A stretch of DNA of 54,757 nucleotides. Source: Candidatus Pacearchaeota archaeon (GTDB taxonomy: Archaea; Nanobdellota; Nanobdellia; Pacearchaeales; GW2011-AR1). Both the position numbers and the translations under genes were made by a program. This document shows positions 1 to 11,800 of this stretch, piece by piece (positions within the stretch are counted from its first letter, which is position 1; every line of letters starts with the position of its first letter). The stretch covers positions 1 to 54,757 of the forward strand of contig JAFCFJ010000004.1 in assembly GCA_017608705.1 (NCBI GenBank), read 5' to 3'. Under the pieces are notes generated by a model. It saw nothing but the letters and a program-made list of their open reading frames with translations, did no database searches and was not told where the DNA came from.

Positions 1-975
1 TTGCGCTGTGAATTCCTCAACTACTGGTGCAGGCTTGTCTGCATCACAAATCACATCACCACGCTCAACATCTTTCTTGCCAACACCCCTTATGTTAACA
101 CCTACATTGTCACCAGCTACAGCTTCCTGTAATGCCTCATGGTGCATTTCTATACTACGGACTTCACCTTCGATACCGCGACCAGTTCTGCCAGGTACAA
201 TGATTACTTTCTGTCCGACTTTCATCTTTCCTGTTTCTATCTTCCCTACAGGCACTGTACCAACACCTGTAATTTCGTAAACATCCTGGATAGGCATTCT
301 CAATGGCAGGTCAACTGGTTTTTGCGGTTCCTTGAACAAGTCGAATTGTTCCATTACTGTTGGTCCTTTGTACCATGGCATATTTTCGCTTTTCTTTACA
401 ATGTTGTCTCCTTTCAAACCAGATGCTGCTATAAACGTTACCTCATCAGGCTTCATACCAACAGCCTTCAACAGTTCGGTTACGTCCTCCTTTACTTTAT
501 TGAATTTTGCCTCATCATAGTTAACAGTATCCATCTGGTTTATGATTACTGCTATTTGGTCAACACCCATCGTTCTCAATAGCCAAAGATGTTCCTTTGT
601 CTGAGGCATTACTCCATGCTGCACTGCCACAACAAGGAATGCTGCATCTGCCTGGCTTGCACCAGTAATCATATTCTTCACAAAGTCTTTGTGACCAGGC
701 GCATCAATAATTGTTACCTGCCATTTCTGTGTAACGAGTTTCTTATATGCAAGGTCAATAGTAACTCCACGTTCTCTCTCCTCTTTGATTTTGTCCATCA
801 CGTATGCGAATTCAAAACCCACTTTTCCATGCTTCTGTGCTTCTTCCCTCAATTTCTGCAATTCCTGCTCAGGCACCATGCCTGCATCATAAAGCAGTCT
901 ACCGACTATTGTTGACTTTCCGTGGTCGACGTGCCCCACAAATACCACATTCAAATTAGGTTTTTCTTGTGCCAT
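1..975 (-). CDS. tuf: Translation elongation factor EF-1 alpha (5' part; runs off the window start)
   Basis: Not in the ORF track. Manual translation from ATG 975 gives [22 protein letters not shown]..., the GTPase P-loop, then [21 protein letters not shown] lies upstream (tcacctc, 979-985). Follows EF-2 in the canonical operon. Confidence 0.97.
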   Translation of the reverse strand, partial: MAQEKPNLNVVFVGHVDHGKSTIVGRLLYDAGMVPEQELQKLREEAQKHGKVGFEFAYVMDKIKEERERGVTIDLAYKKLVTQKWQVTIIDAPGHKDFVKNMITGASQADAAFLVVAVQHGVMPQTKEHLWLLRTMGVDQIAVIINQMDTVNYDEAKFNKVKEDVTELLKAVGMKPDEVTFIAASGLKGDNIVKKSENMPWYKGPTVMEQFDLFKEPQKPVDLPLRMPIQDVYEITGVGTVPVGKIETGKMKVGQKVIIVPGRTGRGIEGEVRSIEMHHEALQEAVAGDNVGVNIRGVGKKDVERGDVICDADKPAPVVEEFTAQ

Positions 976-1070
976 TTTTCACCTCGAAAAAACAACAGTA
1001 ACTAACCAAAATTTTAATGCTTTATAAATTTTATGTTTATCCTTTATTATCTAAAAAACAAGAAGTCCAA

Positions 1071-1577
1071 CTATTTTATAACGTAGAGGTAAACTTTCAG
1101 CTTTTTATCTTGTTTTACTGGTTTCCATCCTGTAAATTTCCAATGGTGCGAAACAATTCTTGTACCAGGTTTGAGCTCTTTCTCGAGCTTAGATTTTAGT
1201 TTGTCATTTGTTTCCTGCCTGAGAAAAAGAAATATCACGCTTGCTTCGCTAAGCTTGAAATTGAAGAAATTCCCATAAACTATACGTGCATTCCTAAGGC
1301 GGTGAAGTTTTACATTGAGCCACGAAATTATGAAGCGTAGCGGGTCGATCTCTATACCAACAGCCTTGCTAACATATTTGGCTGAAGCCACAACAAGACG
1401 TGCATCGCCACAGCCAAGATCATACACAACATCATTATGGCGGAGATTTGCAAATTCAAGCATCCTTTTCATTATTCTTTTTCTTGTTGGATAATACTCT
1501 GCGCCAAAAAATCTGGTGTAGAAGAGCCAAAATATGAAGGCGAGAATTAAGAGATTTGCTAACATGATAGGATCCAT
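1071..1577 (-). CDS. Class I SAM-dependent methyltransferase with N-terminal TM helix (FAM173/aKMT-like protein lysine methyltransferase family)
   Basis: YYPT pre-motif, VYDLGCGDARL motif I, GIEID, GTRIVSH-W, hydrophobic N-terminus. Confidence 0.8.
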   Translation of the reverse strand: MDPIMLANLLILAFIFWLFYTRFFGAEYYPTRKRIMKRMLEFANLRHNDVVYDLGCGDARLVVASAKYVSKAVGIEIDPLRFIISWLNVKLHRLRNARIVYGNFFNFKLSEASVIFLFLRQETNDKLKSKLEKELKPGTRIVSHHWKFTGWKPVKQDKKLKVYLYVIK

Positions 1578-1647
1578 AATCTCGACACACCTCAGGATTT
1601 AAAAAACTTTTAGCTTTATGGTCTTTGCTTGCTTTACTCAACTAAAC

Positions 1648-3712
1648 TTATTGCTCCTCGCTTAGTCCTTTTCTTTCCCTTATTTGCTTTATTATCTTAT
1701 CCTGCAGCTCATTAGGAACGCGCTCGAACAACTGATCCACGAGAGCAAAGACACCACGACCTTCTGTACAGCCGCGTAGATCGCCAGCAAAACCAAACAT
1801 TTCTGCAACAGGCATCTTTACACGCATCGACACGTGATCAGCTTCTTGCTCAACATTGAGTAGCTGGCCGCGCTTGCTTTGCACGAGCTTGGTAACTTCG
1901 CTCATGAACTGTGCCGGCGACTCTATCTGTAGGATTTGCATAGGCTCGAACAGTACAGGCTGAGCATCTAAGATCGCTTGCTTTATTGCATCGCGAACAG
2001 CAGGATAAACCTGCGCAGGACCTCTGTGGATGGCATCTTCATGAAGTCTGGCATCCATTAGGCTAACTTTGAGCTTCATGCACGGCTCTCTTGCAAGCAC
2101 GCCGTTGTCCATCATTTGCTCAAAAGCATCCATAACAAGCTCTATAACTTCGCCTATATGCACAATACCACGGGTCTTATCAAGAAAAACATTTCCGTTG
2201 TATATATCGCGATACTGTCTTGCTTCCTCATTGCTCACACTAAGCGAAGCAAGTTTGTTCCATAGCTCCTCATTCTTTTTCTTTATCCTTCCTTCTGGTA
2301 TCTCTCCTGCTTTTATAGCTTCATAAACTGCATCCTCCAACGGCTCGACCATGATGAAGAAGCTGTTGTGTTTATTCGGTGACCTGCCTTCAAATATCTT
2401 CGAAGGCTTGAGCACTGTTTCTCTGTAAACAACAATAGGCTGGCTCGTTACGACATCAACACCTTTCTCTGTCCTAATTCTGTTAGCTATGACTTCAAGA
2501 TGAAGCTCGCCCATTCCGCTAAGCAGGTGCTGTCCTGTCTCTTCATTGATTTCAACCTTAACAGTAGGATCCTCCTTTTGCACAACACGCAGAACTTCGA
2601 TGAGTTTAGGCAAATCAGCAGGCTTCTTCGCTTCTATGCTAACAGTAACAACTGGCTCGAAAATATGTTTCATGCTCTCGAAAGGTTCCATTTCCTTGCT
2701 TGCAAGGGTTTCGCCAGCATTCACACCACGCAAACATATGTAATTCCATGCCTTTCCTTATCGTTCCGGAGAAAAGCCTTCCTGCAGCTATCTCGCCTGC
2801 CTGGGGATCAACAACAATTTTGGTTGTTACGAAGACAGTGGGGCCGTTAGGATCACAATTCAACAATGCCTTACCTTCCTCGCTTTCGAGATCACCGTGC
2901 CATAGCTTCGGGATTCTATATTTTTGCGCCTCTACAGGATTTGGTAAATGTTTCACAACCATGTCAAGCACAGCCTTATGAAGGGGCAGTTTCTTGGCAA
3001 GCTCGTCTACTTTGTTTTCCTCATACGCTTTGACTATATCTCCAAAGGTAATTCCTTCTTTTTTCATTATATTGAAGTTTATTGCCCACCTATCCTTTGC
3101 AGAACCAAAGGATACGCTACCTTCCTGGACAGAAACGAGCCATTTATCTTTAAGCTCGTCTGGTGCTATGTTACGAATAAATTTGTTAACAGAATTGATA
3201 ATCTTGATAAACCGCTCCTGTATCTGCTCGCCAGCCAGCTTCAGCTCTTTGATCAACCTGTCCACCTTGTTGATAAAAAGCACGGGCCTGACACGTTCAC
3301 GTAAGGCCTGTCTCAATACAGTTTCAGTTTGTGGCATCATCCCTTCTGCTGCACATACGACAACGACAGCACCGTCGCAAGCACGCATGGCTCTCGTAAC
3401 CTCACCACCGAAATCTACATGACCCGGTGTGTCGATAAGGTTGATGAGGTAATCATTACCTTCTACATTGTGCAACATATTCACATTTGCAGAATCTATT
3501 GTAATGCCTCTTTCTCTCTCATCCTCGTGGAAATCCATAACAAGAAGCTTACCTGCAAGCTCCTGACTTATCATGCCAGCTCCGGCAAGAAGCGAATCTG
3601 TCATAGTTGTTTTGCCATGGTCTATATGCGCAATTATGGCTATATTTCTTATCTTTTCTGGCTTGCGCATCAATTCCAAAATCTTCTTGATTTGCTCTTC
3701 TTCGCTTGCCAT
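1648..3712 (-). CDS. fusA: Elongation factor EF-2, split at about 2735 by a deletion plus frameshift (probably assembly error)
   Basis: Start [10 protein letters not shown] at 3712. [26 protein letters not shown] in ORF 2639-3793. SGMGELHL and diphthamide loop [11 protein letters not shown] in ORF 1648-2733. About 35 aa of domain II are missing at the junction. Confidence 0.95.
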
Positions 3713-3713
3713 T

Positions 3714-4328
3714 TTAGCGTGCAGCGTCAGCTTGTCTTTCGCTTTCAGTTTTCTTTTGTATTGCAAAGCTTTCAGGGCTATTTTGATAGGCAAGGATTAT
3801 TTCTTGTGCAAGTCCTTCAGCAATGGTTGTTTTTTTGTTGAAAGCCTTATCATAGCCGCCATGAACTATGTGTCTCAATGCTAAACTTAAACGTCTGTAT
3901 GGCGAGGTATCAACAGCCTGCGGATAGCGCGCACCACCGTATTCTATTGTTGTAATTTCATCATGCGGAGCAGCATTCTCTATTGCCTTGACAAGGACTT
4001 GGACAGGATTTTCTCCTGTTTTTTCCTCGATTATTTTCAATGCCTCGATCAGGATTTTCATGTTTTTGTTGTATTTTCCAGTAGCATGTTTTGTTATTAT
4101 CTTATGTTTCTTGCCTCTATGTCCTGGAACAGCCAAAATATTAGCTAGCCTCTCGAGCAAATGCACTCTTGCTTTTTCAAATCTTTGCCTTGCCTTCCCA
4201 TGAGTCTTCACGAGAAGTTTTGGCTCAAGATTTATATAACGCTTCAGTCCTGGATCTTCCACCTTTACGTTACTAACATCGAATATTCCAAGCACCTTCT
4301 CACTTTCGCTTTTATTTTTTTCTTCCAT
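3714..4328 (-). CDS. rps7: 30S ribosomal protein uS7
   Basis: [36 protein letters not shown]; position between S12 and EF-2. Confidence 0.97.
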   Translation of the reverse strand: MEEKNKSESEKVLGIFDVSNVKVEDPGLKRYINLEPKLLVKTHGKARQRFEKARVHLLERLANILAVPGHRGKKHKIITKHATGKYNKNMKILIEALKIIEEKTGENPVQVLVKAIENAAPHDEITTIEYGGARYPQAVDTSPYRRLSLALRHIVHGGYDKAFNKKTTIAEGLAQEIILAYQNSPESFAIQKKTESERQADAAR

Positions 4329-4329
4329 C

Positions 4330-4752
4330 CTAACGTCTACCCTTCTCTATCTTGCCTTTGACAAGCATCTTGAGAGGTTGATTATTGACCTTTATCACCT
4401 GGAACCTCACGCCAGGCATGTCCCCTTTACTTCTTCCTTGCTTTCCGCCTATGCGCTCTATAATAACCTCGTCGTGCTCATCAACAAACTTTATAGCATT
4501 GTTGCCCGGCACAAAAGCAATAACTTTTTTTCCATTTTTTGTTAGCTGGACCATCACACATTTACGCATAGCAGAGTTTGGCTGTTTTGCTTCTCTCTGT
4601 ACTTTTGCTATAACGATTCCTCTTGCTTGATGCGCTCCCTCAAGGGGATCGGCTTTTTCATAGAGGTTCAGCGCACGCCTTTTATATTTCACGCTTTTCC
4701 ATCTAAACTTTTTCCTTCTCTTCTTCAACTTGAGCGCGCTAAAGAGTCCCAT
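4330..4752 (-). CDS. rps12: 30S ribosomal protein uS12
   Basis: [20 protein letters not shown] motifs. Confidence 0.98.
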   Translation of the reverse strand: MGLFSALKLKKRRKKFRWKSVKYKRRALNLYEKADPLEGAHQARGIVIAKVQREAKQPNSAMRKCVMVQLTKNGKKVIAFVPGNNAIKFVDEHDEVIIERIGGKQGRSKGDMPGVRFQVIKVNNQPLKMLVKGKIEKGRR

Positions 4753-4818
4753 TTTAGCCGAAAAGAACGGCGATAAATAATTCAGGAAAGGTTTGATTTT
4801 TAAATCTTTTTATTATCT

Positions 4819-5238
4819 TTATGCAATCTTTACCTTTTCTATCCCGAAATATTCTTCCAATATTTTTTGCATTTCCTCAAGCCTAGATTTGTTTCTTCCT
4901 ATCAATAATGCTTTATTCTGCCTGCCTGCATTTATAATCACCTCTTCACCGTTCACTTTTATCTCATTTACTTTTACAGGATGGACTATGCTTGTAATAA
5001 AGTTTTCTATATCCTCTATACTCCTCGGTTCAACAACAATTTTTACTTTTTTTCCTAAAATTTTAACAAGTTTTTTCACATTCTTTCCATTTTCTCCTAT
5101 TGCCCTAGAAATCTGTCGTGGAACCACAGTAAATACTATGGAAGAGTTATAAATAAAACAACTCTTCGGCCTTATTCCTGAAACTTTTTCGAATAAGTTG
5201 ATATAACGAATTAGCTGCATGTCGAGGGTTTTTCCCAT
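4819..5238 (-). CDS. nusA: Archaeal NusA (two KH domains)
   Basis: AIGENGKNVK and LIGRNKSRL KH motifs; conserved position after rpoA. Confidence 0.92.
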   Translation of the reverse strand: MGKTLDMQLIRYINLFEKVSGIRPKSCFIYNSSIVFTVVPRQISRAIGENGKNVKKLVKILGKKVKIVVEPRSIEDIENFITSIVHPVKVNEIKVNGEEVIINAGRQNKALLIGRNKSRLEEMQKILEEYFGIEKVKIA

Positions 5239-5308
5239 TTTACTTCCTTACTGAGCATGATGTAGTTAATAAAGTTAACGTGCCCTCTTATCGTTTCTTT
5301 GATGTAGG

Positions 5309-8300
5309 CTAGGCGAGTTTTCCTATAACCTTTACCATTAATCCTGGCAAACCTGTTCCTACAGGGACTGGCTGATTCAATATGATATTTTCTATCACAC
5401 TTGCCAACTCTTCACGTGAACCTTTTATGCTTGCTGCAACAAACTGCTTTATTGGGGTTTCAAAACTTGCTCTTGCTAGCACAGATTCTTTCTCGGCGAT
5501 CACGCCCATTCTTGTGACACCTTTTACAGTTCCGCTCATGCACATGGCATCAGCAACAAACCATATGTGTCTCTCGTCTATATCCATTCCCTGTGCCTCT
5601 AGCACTTTTTTCACTTCTCTTACTATGAGGTTCCTTGCAGCTTCTATACCGAGACATTCCTCTGTTTCATGAATGTCATTAGTTATTGTTTTCTCTTTGT
5701 TTACTCCTTTTATTTTCATTACTTCTTTGAGGTTAGAGCCAGACGTCAATATTACATAATTACTTCCTCTTTTAACAACTAACACCTGCTCTATTCCACG
5801 AACGCCAGAAATCACAACGTTCTTGAGCTTCTCTTTGTAGCGATAAATATCCTTGAAATCAGCGTTAGCTCTTGATATCTCTATCGTGTTATCTTTTAAC
5901 TTATTTTTGTATCCTTTTTCCGTAAGTCTCTTCGAGAGTGTCTCTGGTGTAATGTGGGCCGATCTCAATGCGGAATTATCGAGAATAATTCTTATTTTCT
6001 TGTTAGAGAAATCAACATTTATTTCTGAAATTACTTCTTGCAACTTAACTTCTTTTATTTTTTCTGCAAGGATCCTTGCTTGCTTCTCATTATTATACTC
6101 TTTCTCGAGATAGATCTCCATGCTTGGCGTGCTTGGCTTTTTCCTGGCGTCGAAAATTTCGATCAATCGTGGCAAACCCTGCGTGATCTGCATTTCCTGC
6201 ACGCCAGCGAAGTGGAACACATTGAGTGCCATCTGTGTTGACGGCTCGCCAAAGGATTGGGCTGTTACTATTCCAATGGCTTCGCCAGGAGCAATCTTTT
6301 CTTGCAAGTGTAATTTGCTGACATCATAACCATCGCTACCATATACAAACTGTACAATTCTGCCCGACGCGTCACGCACTGTTCCATCATATTCTACACG
6401 TAAGTCTTGCAACGCATTTGCCAGACGTCTGTAAAGATAACCCGACTTCGGAGTTCTCAATGCGGTGTCCATGAGTGCGTCTCTTCCTGTCATCGCCCCA
6501 AAGAAGAATTCGTCTGGGTCTAGACCCTTCATGAATGAAGAATATATGAAACCGTGAGCTTTAGGAGACAGATCATGTTTCCTGAAGTGAGAGAGAGTAC
6601 GGCCAGTATAACCGAGATTGATTCTTTCTTGCCAAAGTGCCTGCTGTCCAACAGAACAGGCTATCTGTGTTATGTTAAGCATGCTTCCTGCCGCTCCTGC
6701 CTCTATAATACTGCTAACAGGATTTTCCGTAGGAAATTCTTCTTTTACTATTTGGCCTATTTTTGTTCTTACTTCATTGAGAATCTGCATTATCTTTATT
6801 TCTCTTGTTTCTTCTCTCGTCTTTCCTGGCAACGCCTCGAGTGTGCCATTATAATAAGCTTCTATTATTTCTTCTGTTTTCTTTTCAGCTTCTCTTATTA
6901 TTTCCTCTGTGGCCTTTTTTACTTTTTCATTTACGTTTATATCTTCTATACCTATCGTTATACCTCTTTTGGTAAGATAGTTTGTTCCTAATGCAAATAT
7001 CTTTCTTAAGGTTTCAAAAGTTTCATCGCGACCTACGACAGCATCTAACAATCTGATAAGCATACCGTCTTCGACACCGAAAGTATTTTTGTCTATTGCT
7101 CCTGAAATAAGTTTTCCATCTTTTATTAATAGATATGCATTGTAAGGACATTTCTCCTTTCTGCAATTCTTGTAATATGGGCAATCTTCTCCGAGACATT
7201 TCTTTGTTTTTGTTTCAAAATTTATTTTTGGTAATACAGCAGAAATTACCTCTTTTCCTTCTATATTCTTCTTTGCAAACTCGGCAATTACGCCGGCTTC
7301 GAACAGTACTTGCATCGCTTTTTCTCTTGGCAATATTGTCATGCTGAGGAGATAGTTTCCTGTTACCGCATCAGAGATGCAGCCAAGCAAGTTTGTGTTA
7401 TTCTTCGGCGAAATGAGATTTTGCTTAACATCCATTAGTATCTTGGCCTCTGCCCTCGCTTCTTCAGTCTGAGGACTATGCACATTCATCTCATCTCCGT
7501 CGAAATCAGCATTGTATGGGAAACATGCTGCAGGATGTAATCTGAAGGTTTTTCCAGGTAACACACGCACGAAATGGGCCATTAGGCTAGGTCTGTGCAA
7601 GCTAGGGTGTCTGTTGAAAAGCACAACATCGCCGTCTTGCAAGTGTCTCTCGACAAAATATCCAGGCTCAAGCTCCTCGATGATTTCTTCGCGTAGCTCA
7701 GGTGTAATTCTCTTTTTCTTTCCATCAGGCCTGATCACATAGTTTGCTCCAGGATAACCATCATTCATTATAAGCTGCTTCATTCTCTCTATGTTAAACT
7801 CTGTTACAGCTTCCTTCACAGTAAGAACTGTAGCTATCTCATACGGCACGCCAACTTCATTTATGTGTAAGTACGGATCAGGCGATATTACTGTACGGCT
7901 GCTGTAGTTAACACGCTTTCCTGCAAGATTATGTCTTATTCTTCCCTCTTTGCCTTTTATTCTCTCAGTGATTGTTTTCAAAATCTGCCCACTTCTGTGT
8001 CTTGCAGGAGGAATGCTACTCAGCGTGTTATCGAAGAAAGTTGTAACATGATATTGTAGCAGTTCCCATAGGTCCTCTATGATTACCTCTGGAGCACCAG
8101 CATTGAGACTTTCCCATAGTCGCTGGTTGGCCCTGATTATATCACTCAACTTGTGCGTTAAATCATCCTCGCTTCTCTCTCCTGTTTCAAGCGTGATGCT
8201 TGGCCTTGTCGTGACAGGTGGTACGACGAGTAATGTAAGGACAGCCCACTCAGGCCTTGTCGCCTCCGGATTGATTCCTATAAGTTTCAGCTCCTCATTT

Positions 8301-8812
8301 GGTATCCTAGCCAGCCTTTCACGAATTTCTGTAGGAAACAATCTAGTTTTTCCTTCATAGAACGCAAGGGTTGCTTTTTCCACCTTTATTTTCTGGCTTT
8401 CTGCCCCACAATGCGGACATTTTCTGGCAGAGCTTGCTTTCTTTATTCTTTCCTTTGCACTCCTGTATTTTTTGAGCTCTTTCTCTGTGAGCTTAAGCCT
8501 ATTGCATTCTTTGCAGAACGCGCTGAGACATATTTGAATTAATGAAACAAATTTTACATGTATCACAGGTCTTGCCAGCTCTATATAGCCTGGATGACCA
8601 AGACATTCTTTCAGCCTGCCACCACATGTCCTACATCTTACTCCCGGATCTATCGCGCCAAGCCTTAAATCCATGAGACCTCCATCTACCGGATAGCCAT
8701 CCACGTCATAAAGTTCAGGCGTAACTATCTTAGCTGCGCCTAACTTTTTTATTTGCTCAGGGCTAAGCAAGCTGAAACATAAACTGCGCACCTGTTTCTT
8801 TATTATCTCCAT
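5309..8812 (-). CDS. rpoA: RNA polymerase largest subunit, A' and A'' fused in one ORF
   Basis: Likely start MEIIKK at 8812. Zn motif CRTC..CLGHPG, catalytic YNADFDGDEMN, TPKSGYLYRRL. Continues in frame into A'' motifs PGEAIG..AQSFGEPSTQM, GLPRLIE, VGTG. Confidence 0.97.
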   Translation of the reverse strand: MEIIKKQVRSLCFSLLSPEQIKKLGAAKIVTPELYDVDGYPVDGGLMDLRLGAIDPGVRCRTCGGRLKECLGHPGYIELARPVIHVKFVSLIQICLSAFCKECNRLKLTEKELKKYRSAKERIKKASSARKCPHCGAESQKIKVEKATLAFYEGKTRLFPTEIRERLARIPNEELKLIGINPEATRPEWAVLTLLVVPPVTTRPSITLETGERSEDDLTHKLSDIIRANQRLWESLNAGAPEVIIEDLWELLQYHVTTFFDNTLSSIPPARHRSGQILKTITERIKGKEGRIRHNLAGKRVNYSSRTVISPDPYLHINEVGVPYEIATVLTVKEAVTEFNIERMKQLIMNDGYPGANYVIRPDGKKKRITPELREEIIEELEPGYFVERHLQDGDVVLFNRHPSLHRPSLMAHFVRVLPGKTFRLHPAACFPYNADFDGDEMNVHSPQTEEARAEAKILMDVKQNLISPKNNTNLLGCISDAVTGNYLLSMTILPREKAMQVLFEAGVIAEFAKKNIEGKEVISAVLPKINFETKTKKCLGEDCPYYKNCRKEKCPYNAYLLIKDGKLISGAIDKNTFGVEDGMLIRLLDAVVGRDETFETLRKIFALGTNYLTKRGITIGIEDINVNEKVKKATEEIIREAEKKTEEIIEAYYNGTLEALPGKTREETREIKIMQILNEVRTKIGQIVKEEFPTENPVSSIIEAGAAGSMLNITQIACSVGQQALWQERINLGYTGRTLSHFRKHDLSPKAHGFIYSSFMKGLDPDEFFFGAMTGRDALMDTALRTPKSGYLYRRLANALQDLRVEYDGTVRDASGRIVQFVYGSDGYDVSKLHLQEKIAPGEAIGIVTAQSFGEPSTQMALNVFHFAGVQEMQITQGLPRLIEIFDARKKPSTPSMEIYLEKEYNNEKQARILAEKIKEVKLQEVISEINVDFSNKKIRIILDNSALRSAHITPETLSKRLTEKGYKNKLKDNTIEISRANADFKDIYRYKEKLKNVVISGVRGIEQVLVVKRGSNYVILTSGSNLKEVMKIKGVNKEKTITNDIHETEECLGIEAARNLIVREVKKVLEAQGMDIDERHIWFVADAMCMSGTVKGVTRMGVIAEKESVLARASFETPIKQFVAASIKGSREELASVIENIILNQPVPVGTGLPGLMVKVIGKLA

Positions 8813-8813
8813 T

Positions 8814-11800
8814 TTACTCCTCGTATTTATTCTTGAGTTCAAATTTTGTTAGTATATGCATGCTTTGCAATTCATCAACAAGCAACTTGAATGCATACGA
8901 TAATTCAACAGGCTCTATTTTCTTGCTTCCGCATAACGGACAATAAAGCTTGTTTCTTATATGGTCTTTGATGCCGAGAGCACCACATTCCATACATACA
9001 TGGACTATTACTTTATCGGAATCATAACGTTCTTTCAAAAGCAGGCTTGCTCCATGGGCCACTAGAGCTTGCTGTTCCATTTCTCCCAGCCTTAGAGCAC
9101 CACCGTGTGCCCTACCTTCGACAGGTTGCCTTGTCAAAAGCGTAACTTTGCCGCTTGCTCTTGCATGGATCTTGTTACTTACCATATACTTAAGCTTGAG
9201 ATAATACATGTTTCCAACATAGATCTTTGCTTCAAGAGCTTCACCAGTGATACCATTATAGAATGTTTCCTTCCCATCATATCTGAAACCAAGCTCCTTG
9301 AGCTGTTGTTCGAGCTCTTCTATTGTCTGGCCTGAGAATGGTGTACCATCTATGATCTTGCCTGAGAGACAGCCAACTTTGCCGGCAAGTAGCTCTATAA
9401 GATAGCCGACAGTCATTCTGCTAGGGATACCATGGGGGTTGAATATTATATCTGGCTTGATGCCACGGGCAGAGAAAGGCATATTCTCCTCAGGCACGAT
9501 ATAGCCAACAACACCCTTCTGACCATGCGACGTCGAGAATTTGTCGCCAAGTTCAGGAATACGTAAGTCACGAGTTCTTACATGCACTACTTTGTTGCCC
9601 TCACTATCTTCGGTTATGAATACAGCATCAACTATTCCTTTTTCTTCCTGCCTTATAACCTCACTCGCCTCCTTCTTTGTCCTTATAGTGATTTCTCTAG
9701 CTTCTGACAAAAATTTAGGCGGCGAGACTTTACCTATAACAACTTCTCCCTCTCTGAGCTCAGCTTCAGGATATGCTATTCCATCTTCTTCAAGGAAACG
9801 GTAGTTTTGTTCTGTTCTGTAACCTGTTGTGTCTTTGTCTGGCACACAAATGGAATCTTTGAGCCCACCAGGATAACTTCGTTCTACGGTTGAATATGGT
9901 CTGAAATATGTGCTTCTTGCGAGACCGCGATCCACACTTCCCTTGTTCAAAATAATTGCATCCTCTATGTTATAGCCATCCAATGTCATGATGGCCACGA
10001 CCATGTTTTGGCCTGCAGGATAGAAATCAAGATAATCATAGACGAAACTCCTGACAATTGGTTTTTGAGGATAATGCAATATGCTAACATCTGTATCTAT
10101 TCTGCTTAGGAAGTTTGCGGCATATAGGCCTAGTGCCTGCTTCTGTGTCTTGCTTCCACGATTGAGCCTTGAACTTTGATCATGGTTCGCATAAGGCACG
10201 AGGCTCGTTACAAGACCGAGGAATGCTATCGTGTCTATTTCGAGATGTGTATGTTCATTTGTTAGTTCGTGTTCGTAAACAGCCACTAAGCAGTTTTCTT
10301 CTTCTGCAGCATCTATGTATTCTATTATCCCTTCTTTCACAAGATCTTCCCAGTTAAGTTTTCCTTCCTCAACAAGTCTAAGGTGTTCATCTGTAAGTTT
10401 TGGTTTACCATTCTCTACAATGATAAGTGGCCTCATGACCCTGCCAACTTCTGTGGAAATGTAGATTATGTCATAAGTGTCATCATATCTTATACTCATT
10501 TCTCCAGGAAGCTCGCCTTTTCTTCTTCTTTTCCTTAACTCACTCACTAGCCTTTCTGCCTCATTTGTGCTACCTATAAACTTCCCATTATAGAATATGT
10601 CAGTTTTACCTTCATGCTTATTTTCGCCTGTTTCCGCGCCAAGTTCTGAGAGTAATTCTATAAAATTGGCTTCATCAAATACCACCGCTGTTGATATCTT
10701 AGCTAGTAGGGCAAGATTTTTCCTCAGCCCGATTTCTGTACCTTCTGGTGTTTCTATAGGACAAAATCTTCCGTAATGTGTTGGATGTAGTGTTCTTGCA
10801 AGGAAATTTTCTTGCTGGCCAGAAAGCATGCTCGTAACACGCTGTAGCTGGGACATCACCGCCAAATAATTGGTTTTGTCCATATTTTGCGTCACCCCTG
10901 TTCTTTCACCTACCCAATTTCCAGTAGCTATTGCACTTTCTATCCTATGCGAGAACAATGTTGCCTTTGCTATGCTCTTTATTCCAAATACCTTCCCTCT
11001 CCTATGATATTTTTGCAAGGAGTGGATCATGTCACGCACAAGACTGTTGAGATTAACACGGAAGAGAGAAGCCATCATGTCGCCACTTAGCCTTACACGC
11101 TTGTTAGCATAGTGGTCTTTATCTGTTACAAGCTCTGGATTTTCTTTTGCTATGAGAAACTGTTTTATCATCTTACATAACGTGATTGCTTTTTCTATTC
11201 TGTCTTTCTTGTCTGTGCCTATGTGTGGCAAGAAATAAGCGTCGAGTCTTTGATTTATCCTGTCGAGTATTTCTTTCTTTGTGCCGTGAAAACCAGCTAA
11301 CTCGGCTATTTTGAGCATTGCCTCCTCTGCTGTCGCTATATTTGCAAATTCGTACAGATTTACGATGAGCAAGTCAGATTTCTTGCCAACATATTTTGCG
11401 ATGTCTGCCTCCTTCGTAAGGCCTAGTGCCTTGAGAAGTATTATAGCCGGGATATTCCTGAAACGGCTGAATGTTATCTGAATAATGCCATCTGTTTTTT
11501 CATTTATTGTTATTGGGATTCTATAAGAGCCACGTTGCGAAAATAGCCTAAGCTGTAGCTTTCCTGCTGTTTTTTCTATGAATGGCTGGTTCTCAGCCAA
11601 ATCTTCAGTAAGAACCATTACTCTCTCATTTCCGTTGATGATGAAATATCCGCCCGGATCTAGCGGATCAATTCCTGCTTTTATCATTTCTTCCTTCGTC
11701 ATTCTGCTCACAGGACATACCTTGCTTTTCACCATTATTGGAATTCTGCCTATTTCCACACGCTGTGTTTCTTGCTGACCATCCATCCGCAATGTGATCT

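Noticed and set aside
8-915. Plus-strand ORFs here and the many other short antisense ORFs in the track
   Set aside because: Shadows of well-supported genes on the opposite strand (here EF-1a), with no motifs of their own
2639-2760. Programmed frameshift, intron or genuinely split EF-2
   Set aside because: Conserved sequence is missing rather than inserted, and no slippery site is evident; a frameshift alone would not restore domain II
5264-5279. Second copy of the GTTAAC operator upstream of nusA
   Set aside because: One half-site mismatched and spacer is 3 nt rather than 4; likely chance
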